A stretch of 15,854 bases of DNA, taken from contig JAXGJB010000048.1 of NCBI GenBank assembly GCA_040770465.1, forward strand, positions 1-15,854. Direction: 5' to 3'. The stretch's first letter is position 1. Each line of letters starts with the position of its first letter. The notes below the pieces were generated by a model. It searched no databases, was not told the origin of the DNA, and saw nothing but the letters and a program-made list of their open reading frames with translations. The position numbers and the translations under genes were made by a program. This DNA is from Methanothrix sp. Lineage in GTDB: Archaea; Halobacteriota; Methanosarcinia; Methanotrichales; Methanotrichaceae. Positions 7,905 to 14,721 of the stretch are shown here, one piece after another.

Positions 7905-8513
7905 ATGCTCAAGATAACCCCGTATCTGGGAATAATCGTCGTTCTGGTATCCGTCGGAGGGATCTGGTACCCAAAGCTCGGGTACGTCGTCGCCCTGGTC
8001 TTCTTATCGATATTGGCGATCAGCCCCTTTCGAGGCAGGTGGTTTTGCGGAAACCTCTGCCCCCGGGGGAGCTTCAATGACTTCTGGATCGGCAGAATCA
8101 GCCGGAACGTCCCGATACCCCGGTTCTTCAGGTCCATGCTGTTGAGGGTTCCGGTCTTCATCGGCCTGATGGGCTTCATGATCTCTAGGATCCTCGCCAC
8201 TCAGGGGATGGTGGACAAGGTGGGGATGGTCTTCGTGACCATGTGCATCCTCACCACCTCAGTCTCGATCCTCTTCGGGCTCGCCCTCAGCCCTCGGGCC
8301 TGGTGCACCTTTTGCCCCATGGGGACCCTCCAGAGGCGCCTCGGCTGGGGGAAGTACCAGCTGAAGCTGGACAAAAATCTCTGCATCGACTGCGGCATAT
8401 GCAGAAAGGTCTGCCCCATGCAGCTTGAGGTGAACGAGATCGCCGAGAAGCCCGACTGCATCAAGTGCGGCCGGTGCGTCGAGGCCTGCCCAAAAGATGC
8501 GCTCAGCTTCTGA
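7905..8513 (+). CDS. Membrane 4Fe-4S binding protein (NapH/MauN-like polyferredoxin)
   Basis: Two CxxxCP motifs (RWFCGNLCPRG, RAWCTFCPMG) among TM helices, and two C-terminal CxxCxxCxxxCP ferredoxin motifs. Confidence 0.9.
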   Translation: MLKITPYLGIIVVLVSVGGIWYPKLGYVVALVFLSILAISPFRGRWFCGNLCPRGSFNDFWIGRISRNVPIPRFFRSMLLRVPVFIGLMGFMISRILATQGMVDKVGMVFVTMCILTTSVSILFGLALSPRAWCTFCPMGTLQRRLGWGKYQLKLDKNLCIDCGICRKVCPMQLEVNEIAEKPDCIKCGRCVEACPKDALSF

Positions 8514-8760
8514 CCCGGTGGCGGAAGGTTGGCTGGGAGCGAGGGCTGGGAGTGAGGTTGGTGGCGGGTGGGCAGCAGGCAGGCGGGATGATAGCAGAAG
8601 GCGGGAGACGGGCGTAAGGGATGTAGGCTTACGTTGTTAGACGAGGTGACCGATCGGACGAGCCGCGGGACGGCCCGAGAGAAAGTTCGAAAAGGGGGAT
8701 GCCAGAAAGGCGACAACGTCGGCGATCCCTGGCGAGCCCCGAAATAAGAGTATCGTTTGT

Positions 8761-8786
8761 CCGGCAGGTTCTTGGTTTTTTGCCGG
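8761..8786. terminator. Possible terminator hairpin/T-tract between convergent genes
   Basis: CCGGCA...TGCCGG inverted repeat enclosing a T-rich loop, directly after the stop of the 8800-8976 gene. Confidence 0.3.
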
Positions 8787-8799
8787 AAGGATCAGGGGG

Positions 8800-8976
8800 T
8801 CATTTGCCCATCAGGGGAACTCTGCATTCCGGACATTTTATCGAACGGCAGTTTACGCCGGGAGTTTTCTCGATCTCAAAGCCGCACCGAGGGCAGACGC
8901 AGGAGCTGGAGTTCTCTTTCTTATTCCGCCTATTTCCCTTGCCCTTCCCTGATCCCTGAGTCGATTTGTCGGGCAT
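8800..8976 (-). CDS. Small Cys-rich (zinc-ribbon/ferredoxin-like) protein, 58 aa, not in the ORF track
   Basis: MPDKSTQGSGKGKGNRRNKKENSSSCVCPRCGFEIEKTPGVNCRSIKCPECRVPLMGK*. GGAGG RBS at 8986-8990 (minus strand) and a TTATAT box at 9020-9025. Pattern CxCPxCG...C...CPxC. Confidence 0.85.
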   Translation of the reverse strand: MPDKSTQGSGKGKGNRRNKKENSSSCVCPRCGFEIEKTPGVNCRSIKCPECRVPLMGK

Positions 8977-9217
8977 ATCGACTATCCTCCTGTAATTGGC
9001 AAGCTCTTGGCGCTATTGGATATAAGATCTTGTTCTCATCCGGTTCTCACCATCTCCAGGCCCTGTTTCCGCCTCAATTCGATCTCGGGGTCGGACTGCG
9101 ATCATAGGCTTCTCTGAACGAGCCAGCACCTGGCCATATCAGCTCCGCCCCCGAGTATTCAGCCTTCCAGATCAAGATGGAAAAATTCATCAGAGAGCTG
9201 TGGACTAATAGAAGGGC

Positions 9218-9628
9218 ATGAAGAAAATTGTGTCTTTTGGACTATTCCTTCTGGCCCTCGCGGTCACGGGCGTATGTGCAGCGGAGATCCCGGACCTCGT
9301 AGGGAGCTGGACTGGCGTTGGTCCTGGGTACGTTGAGGGGACTGGCTACGTCGATGGGGCTGATTCCGACAACCTTACCTTCAACATCACAGAGCAGAAC
9401 GGCCGTCTCTTCACCGGGGAGATGACCTACATGGTGGAGGGGATGGACGTGGTGGAGGGGTTTGCCGGGGCGATCGCCGTAGATAACAAGACCTTCTACG
9501 TCACTGAGTTCTTATCTGGCTACGATGTGGGGACGGTCATCTCCGAGGACGAGATCGAGCTGATATACCTCCAGGACGGCGAGCCGGCCGAGGTATACGT
9601 GCAGACGCTTCGCAGAATGGCGGAGTGA
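9218..9628 (+). CDS. Secreted hypothetical protein (acidic, probably beta-rich)
   Basis: Signal peptide MKKIVSFGLFLLALAVTGVCA followed by PDLVGSWTG...FNITEQNGRLFTG...EGFAGAI. Codon usage is host-like. Confidence 0.8.
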   Translation: MKKIVSFGLFLLALAVTGVCAAEIPDLVGSWTGVGPGYVEGTGYVDGADSDNLTFNITEQNGRLFTGEMTYMVEGMDVVEGFAGAIAVDNKTFYVTEFLSGYDVGTVISEDEIELIYLQDGEPAEVYVQTLRRMAE

Positions 9629-9777
9629 ACGTCGGGCACGGGGCGGTGGGCGGGCACAATCGCCCGCCTTAACCTCCATCATGGATTTTTTGGCAAATGT
9701 GTCTGAATACGCTTTCTTCTCGTCGGACTTCCAAATGTTTATATTGTCGCCACCCATCCTGTAGAGCGGTGGGAAGG

Positions 9778-11349
9778 ATGGCGTCACTGACGGTCTATGA
9801 TGGGGCCTGGGGCATAGGCGGAAATAAGCTGTACCTTGAAGAAGGGGGGCGAGGCGTCTTCCTGGATTTCGGCAAGAACTTCGGGAGATACGGCGTCTTC
9901 TACGAGGAGTTTCTTAAGAATCGCGATACGCGGGGCATCCACGACCTCATCCACCTCGGCCTTCTCCCCCGGCTCAACATCTACCGGCCGGATCTGATTC
10001 CCAGCGACCTCGACGTCGGCCGGTATCCTGATCTGAAGGTCCGGGCGGTCCTTCTCAGCCATGCCCACATGGATCACTGCGGGAACATCGGAGCGCTTCG
10101 AGAGGAGATACCGATTGTGGCCTCTCCCGAGAGCATGGTCATAATGAAGGGTATGCAGGATACGGCGTACTCCTCCATCGAAGGGGATACGACATACTTC
10201 TCGCCCCGGCAGCCCTCCGACGATCGCGGTCTGTACCTCTCTTCGATCGCAGCGGCGAACTTTCGGGGTAGGGACTTCTGCTCTACCGGGGAGCCTTCGG
10301 AGGAGCTGGCCGCCTTCCTGTCCAGAAGGCCCGGCCAGGACGGAAAGAGGGCGAAGAAGCTGGAGCCTGGAAGGTGCAGCTGTTACCAGGACGCCGACCT
10401 TCCCTTCGAGATCTCGGCGCATCCCGTGGACCATTCCATCTTCGGGGCGACCGCCTACATCCTCCGGGGCGACACCACCGTCGCCTATTCCGGGGATCTC
10501 CGGCTCCACGGCAAGAACGGAGATACGACGAGAAGATTCGTGAAGGCCGCAAAGGAGGCGTCTGTTCTGATCATCGAGGGGACCCGCGCCGGAAGGGCCA
10601 ACTCAGAGGACGGAGAGTCGACCGCTGAAGTGACCCCGGCCACCGAGCAGTCGGTATGCGACGTCTGCCGGGGGACGGTGGAGGCCTCGTCGGGGCTGGT
10701 CATCGCCGACTTCTCCGCCCGGAACTTCGAGCGGCTGGAGTCCTTCCAGGAGATCGCCGAAAAGACGGGGCGAGAGCTGGTGGTCCCGGCGAAGGACATG
10801 TACATGCTGGACGCCCTCGCCGCCATCGGAGGCGCCAGCATCTCCGATTCCCTGAGGGTCTACGGCGAGATCGGGGGCCGGTCGCGAAAGTGGGAGGATG
10901 AGGTGGTCCTGCCCAAATACGGCGATCGGTACATTGACCACACCTCGATCCGGGACGATCCCGAGAGGTTCATCCTCTGCTTCTCCTTCTTCGACATGAA
11001 GCACCTCCTGGACATCAAGCCGGAGGGCGGGACCTACATCTACTCGGCGTGCGAGGCCTTCAACGAGGAGATGGAGATCGACTTTGTGAGGCTCTGGCAC
11101 TGGCTCGGTCGCTTCAACATAAATCCTGTGGGCTTTTCTGTGGCGAAGGAAGATGGAGGCAAGCGCACCCCCATCTTCGAGAGGGAGTTTCACGCCTCGG
11201 GGCACGCATCCCGGGAAGATCTGACCTGGATCATCGACCGGGTCGACCCGGACCGGATCGTCCCCATCCACACCGAGGCGAGGGAGTGGTTCGCCGAGAG
11301 CTTCGAGGGTGTGGTGCTGGCGGAGGAGGGGGTGGCGATCGGGTTCTAG
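9778..11349 (+). CDS. MBL-fold beta-CASP hydrolase, RNase J-like
   Basis: GIGGNK, FLDFG, LSHAHMDHCG (HxHxDH), VDHSI.GA, YSGDLRLHG, IIEGT, FHASGHA and PIHTE. Start moved to ATG 9778 because TTTATATT lies at 9738-9745 and GGAAGG precedes the ATG. Confidence 0.88.
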   Translation: MASLTVYDGAWGIGGNKLYLEEGGRGVFLDFGKNFGRYGVFYEEFLKNRDTRGIHDLIHLGLLPRLNIYRPDLIPSDLDVGRYPDLKVRAVLLSHAHMDHCGNIGALREEIPIVASPESMVIMKGMQDTAYSSIEGDTTYFSPRQPSDDRGLYLSSIAAANFRGRDFCSTGEPSEELAAFLSRRPGQDGKRAKKLEPGRCSCYQDADLPFEISAHPVDHSIFGATAYILRGDTTVAYSGDLRLHGKNGDTTRRFVKAAKEASVLIIEGTRAGRANSEDGESTAEVTPATEQSVCDVCRGTVEASSGLVIADFSARNFERLESFQEIAEKTGRELVVPAKDMYMLDALAAIGGASISDSLRVYGEIGGRSRKWEDEVVLPKYGDRYIDHTSIRDDPERFILCFSFFDMKHLLDIKPEGGTYIYSACEAFNEEMEIDFVRLWHWLGRFNINPVGFSVAKEDGGKRTPIFEREFHASGHASREDLTWIIDRVDPDRIVPIHTEAREWFAESFEGVVLAEEGVAIGF

Positions 11350-11461
11350 ATGAGGGTGGGTTGGCGATGCTCCGACTAGGGCCGGTATCGCTTACTTTGA
11401 AAGGTCGTCTCCTGATTTAAGCGGATATTCTCTTCAAGGTCCTGATCGATTCTGACCCTAC

Positions 11462-12118
11462 TCACACCTTGAAATGCAACGTGTCGATAAAATGTTGCAC
11501 GGGCTCTTCAAACCTACCGTTGCCAACACTATCTCTTGAGACCCATAGGTACACCCTTGCGAAATCTAAGTCGTACTCATCCATAGAACCAAAGTTAACA
11601 GCAGCAACTAACTCATTATCAATAAAATTGTACATGGTCCCCAGTGTCATATGCTGTGTTTTGTCTACTCGCCAGGACAGTGGGTATTCTACACTGAAAT
11701 ACGTGCTATTATACAGTTGGTATGTTATATTCGGAGTATCACCCGCGACAACAGCACTGCTATTCTTAAAATTCAGCGTGTCAATGAAATGTTGAGTGGG
11801 CTCATCAAAAGAACCAGTCTCAAGTGTATCTAATGATAACATCATATACAACACGATCTGATCTGCCCCGATCGTGAGTTCCGCTGAATGGAAAGAAGGA
11901 TCTGAAATATTTACGTTAGAAACATCATCAAAGGAGTATTCCCACCCTTCATATTCAGTGCAAATAGACCGCTTAACGTCCCAGCTGGAGGGATATTCTA
12001 CACTAAAATATTCACAATCATATGTATCATATGCCGTTCCAACAGCAACTGATGCAACACCTGCGCCAACAACACAAAGCATGACCAGTGCCTTAAGCGC
12101 TATATCGATCGATCTCAT
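11462..12118 (-). CDS. Secreted protein with two tandem PsbP-like domains
   Basis: Signal/anchor helix, then two repeats each starting Y..Y...YFSVEYP.SW.V and ending G.F.EP.QHFIDTL.FK. AT-rich. Confidence 0.8.
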   Translation of the reverse strand: MRSIDIALKALVMLCVVGAGVASVAVGTAYDTYDCEYFSVEYPSSWDVKRSICTEYEGWEYSFDDVSNVNISDPSFHSAELTIGADQIVLYMMLSLDTLETGSFDEPTQHFIDTLNFKNSSAVVAGDTPNITYQLYNSTYFSVEYPLSWRVDKTQHMTLGTMYNFIDNELVAAVNFGSMDEYDLDFARVYLWVSRDSVGNGRFEEPVQHFIDTLHFKV

Positions 12119-12133
12119 CAGCTCACCAATAAT

Positions 12134-12397
12134 ATGATATTTTTTGCAATCGTAAAAAACATTTGGTCGAAGGACCAGCCAGGCTGGTTTATGTTGTGGG
12201 AGCTATTCAAGGTCGCGCGAAAGGTCCAGGAAGGTACGATGAGCGCGACGGCGGCTTCGGTGGTGGTGTCAGCCTGTAATAGCTGGTTGCGGGCTCACGA
12301 ATCGAGGAAGGTCACTGAGTTTGAGCACCGGCTTAACCTGTTGGAGGCTCAGCGAACGCTGGACGAAGCTAAGGCACGTAAGAAGGCGGGGGACTAG
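12134..12397 (+). CDS. Hypothetical small helical protein, possibly 5'-truncated mobile-element gene
   Basis: 87-aa ORF ending in a coiled coil (EFEHRLNLLEAQR), 3 nt upstream of the next ATG. The first roughly 10 codons lie in AT-rich sequence and may be spurious. Confidence 0.55.
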   Translation: MIFFAIVKNIWSKDQPGWFMLWELFKVARKVQEGTMSATAASVVVSACNSWLRAHESRKVTEFEHRLNLLEAQRTLDEAKARKKAGD

Positions 12398-12400
12398 ACT

Positions 12401-12907
12401 ATGGCATCGACAGTTAGCAGTCCCCTTATGAAGAGGCTAGAAGCGGCTGAGGAGAGGATCAAGCCCAAAGACACCGGCGACCTACAACAGCGTATCGACG
12501 ACTTCGCGACGAGGTATCAACAGGGTGAGACCGACGACGCACTAATCCAGTATCCAAGTGAGCTTTTCGAGCCTACGCCAGAACCCTTGCGTGAGAAGCC
12601 CGTAGAGGCGACTTTAGAGGCCGAGGCGGGTAATGACATTCCTAGGGAGGAAACCAGCCTTAAAAGCCCTGTAGTAAAGGATTTCACCCCCACGCCACTG
12701 GAACGCTTCGACTACAGTGAAGTTAAGCCGGGGTGGACTGAGAGAGTCGAAAGGCTACCGGACGGTTCAACGATAAAGCACGTGTCAATTGATTTGACGA
12801 AAATAGATCCTGATGAGCCTGACGAGTTGGATCGGCCTGCCTGGGATTGGTCGCCAGGACCAAGACCGCCGAGTTATCGCGACGTTGAGCGCAATATGGG
12901 GCTTTGA
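12401..12907 (+). CDS. Hypothetical protein (acidic, Pro-rich)
   Basis: 168-aa ORF with a GGGGA RBS-like sequence inside the upstream gene end. N-terminal helix LMKRLEAAEERI. Confidence 0.7.
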   Translation: MASTVSSPLMKRLEAAEERIKPKDTGDLQQRIDDFATRYQQGETDDALIQYPSELFEPTPEPLREKPVEATLEAEAGNDIPREETSLKSPVVKDFTPTPLERFDYSEVKPGWTERVERLPDGSTIKHVSIDLTKIDPDEPDELDRPAWDWSPGPRPPSYRDVERNMGL

Positions 12908-12908
12908 G

Positions 12909-13688
12909 CTAAAATATGATGGGGTGACCTCCCATCACATCCGGGACACTTCGTTCATCTTTGAGGACCTTTAACATTTCATCCAGCAAATGATCTATCG
13001 GCTTTTCGAGTTCATCTATTAACACTTTAAGATTTGATTCCTTTTCGTCAGACCAGTTCTCAATTACTTTTAATTTTTCTTTTGACCAATTATTAAGATC
13101 ACGCTCTTGGGGGACAATAGCACCACTATATTTTTCTTCGAATTCGTCTACAAAATTCAATTTTATTTTTTCATCGCTTTTAATCTTCATTTCGAGATCG
13201 GCGAACTTTTTATCAATCTCTTTAATTTGGTTAATCAACTCATCAATTTTTACTGGAACATCGGGAAATAAAACCTGTATTAGGCCGATTGTCTCCCACA
13301 TACGACTGCTATTCTTAGCTATTTCAGGTTGCAAATTTTCATATTTTGTTTTCGTTATCTTGGCTTCTTGGCAGCTGATTGAATTATTCATATATCGATT
13401 TATATCATCTTGAACTAATTTGCCTTTAACTTTGGCGAGTAATGTCCCTAATAAGCAATACGAATAATCATTTGCCAATTGAATAAAACAACTGTAATAA
13501 GAGTTATATGATTGAGATAATAATATCCTATTTCCCAAAAGCTGGCTGTAAATCTGCCTTCTTCGATCGTTTTCGTCATTTTTTAGTTTTAATTTCTCTA
13601 TATAATATATAGCACTACCTCCTGCGATAGCGCCTAAAACCGCACCTCCCGCACCAATTACTGCTTGTAAAATCAAATCTCCATTCAT
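12909..13688 (-). CDS. Hypothetical membrane-anchored coiled-coil protein
   Basis: 259 aa, very AT-rich. N-terminal Gly-rich TM helix (AVIGAGGAVLGAIAGGSAIYY) followed by a Lys/Glu-rich helical region. TATA-like TTATATATTG on the minus strand at 13717-13726. Confidence 0.75.
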   Translation of the reverse strand: MNGDLILQAVIGAGGAVLGAIAGGSAIYYIEKLKLKNDENDRRRQIYSQLLGNRILLSQSYNSYYSCFIQLANDYSYCLLGTLLAKVKGKLVQDDINRYMNNSISCQEAKITKTKYENLQPEIAKNSSRMWETIGLIQVLFPDVPVKIDELINQIKEIDKKFADLEMKIKSDEKIKLNFVDEFEEKYSGAIVPQERDLNNWSKEKLKVIENWSDEKESNLKVLIDELEKPIDHLLDEMLKVLKDERSVPDVMGGHPIIF

Positions 13689-13873
13689 TAGTATCGCAGC
13701 GAAAAATTGCTTATTTCAATATATAATGTTTTTGTTATGCCAGTTTTGGGAGACAAGGCGCGGCATAAAGTGCCACAAAACTATATATTGGCGTATCTAA
13801 AGTTTAGTAAGACTAAAGCAGCGTGACCACTTAGCAAAACCGACAGCAAGAACCCCAATAAAATAAGCCGTAG

Positions 13874-13946
13874 TAGCCCGGCTAGGATTCGAACCTAGGT
13901 GACGAGGTCCAGAGCCTCGTATGATTGACCGCTACATCACCGGGCT
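13874..13946 (-). tRNA. tRNA-Gln (anticodon CTG)
   Basis: Minus strand AGCCCGGTGATGTAGCGGTCAATCATACGAGGCTCTGGACCTCGTCACCTAGGTTCGAATCCTAGCCGGGCTA. Acceptor stem AGCCCGG/CCGGGCT has the A1-U72 pair typical of archaeal tRNA-Gln. Anticodon arm CGAGG-CTCTGGA-CCTCG, T loop TTCGAAT. No encoded CCA and no intron. Confidence 0.97.
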
Positions 13947-13972
13947 TCAGCGTGCGAATTCCGCTTTTCATG

Positions 13973-13978
13973 TATTAA
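13973..13978 (-). promoter_or_regulatory. TATA-like box for tRNA-Gln
   Basis: TTAATA on the minus strand, 27-32 nt upstream of the mature tRNA 5' end. Confidence 0.45.
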
Positions 13979-14006
13979 TCTGTCGATCCGACTGCCGCCG
14001 CCGGGA

Positions 14007-14663
14007 TCATTTGTAGTCCAGTAGAACGACCACCGTCCCCTCACCCGCGCCGGGAAGGCTCTCCTTCGAGACGGCTATCGTGTGCCCCGGCCGCTCGACT
14101 TGCTGGCCTGAAAGGAAATCGTCCGCGGGATAGATCCCGAAGGACGGGGGCACGGCGGGGGTCTTGAAGTGCATGGGGATGGCGATCCTGGGCTTTATCT
14201 GGCCTACGACTTTTTTGGCGCCACCGGCGTCGAGGGTGAAGGTCCCGCCCACCGGGATCATCAGGACGTCAACCTCGCCCAGGGCGGCGGCCTCACCCTC
14301 GCCGAGCTGGTGGCCCAGATCGCCGAGGTGGCAGACCCTGAAGCCGTCAATCTCGAAGCAGAAGATGGAGTTTTTGCCCCGGAGCTTTCCTCCCTTCTCA
14401 TCGTGATATGTGGCGATCCCTTCAAACTCGATTCCTGCGGCGGTCTGTTTTCCGGAGCCTCTGACCACGGCGGGGTCGCCTCCCAGGACTTTCAAGTTGT
14501 TGTGGTCGTGGTGGTCATGACTGACGACGACCACGTCGGCCCGGATCTTTGGGAGGGGGTAGCCGACGCTCTCGTCGAAGGGGTCGGTGACGATGATCTT
14601 TCCGCGGTCAGACTCGATCTTGAAACAGGAGTGGCCAAGCCAGGATATCTTCAAAACGATCAC
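14007..14663 (-). CDS. MBL-fold Zn-dependent hydrolase (beta-lactamase superfamily)
   Basis: WLGHSCF, VTDPF, SHDHHDHN, HLGDLGH, IPVGGTFT and IPMHF. Confidence 0.92.
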   Translation of the reverse strand: MIVLKISWLGHSCFKIESDRGKIIVTDPFDESVGYPLPKIRADVVVVSHDHHDHNNLKVLGGDPAVVRGSGKQTAAGIEFEGIATYHDEKGGKLRGKNSIFCFEIDGFRVCHLGDLGHQLGEGEAAALGEVDVLMIPVGGTFTLDAGGAKKVVGQIKPRIAIPMHFKTPAVPPSFGIYPADDFLSGQQVERPGHTIAVSKESLPGAGEGTVVVLLDYK

Positions 14664-14721
14664 CTCTGCCGATTATTGACCTCAAAGGATAACAATCATT
14701 CGGGCGGCGGGATCAGCGTGA

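Larger units (their letters stand above)
11450..13873. mobile_element. Degenerate genomic island adjacent to the tRNA-Gln 3' end
   Basis: Abrupt shift to AT-richer sequence, only hypothetical ORFs, and the block ends at the tRNA 3' terminus. No integrase or att repeat was found, so the left boundary is approximate. Confidence 0.6.

Noticed and set aside
8600-8760. RNase P or SRP RNA gene
   Set aside because: GAGAAAGTTC only loosely resembles the RNase P GAGGAAAGTCC motif, and no matching 3' motif or long terminal helix was recognised.
9697-9777. N-terminal 27-aa Cys-containing extension of the beta-CASP protein given by the ORF track
   Set aside because: It overlaps a TATA-like box and RBS. 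The family-like sequence begins at ATG 9778.
11350-11460. att direct repeat of the tRNA-Gln 3' end marking the left island boundary
   Set aside because: Only weak partial matches such as CTAGGGCCGG were seen; there is no convincing identity.
13874-13946. Possible amber-suppressor or tRNA-Pyl
   Set aside because: The anticodon loop reads CT-CTG-GA (CTG, Gln), not CTA, and the structure is canonical.
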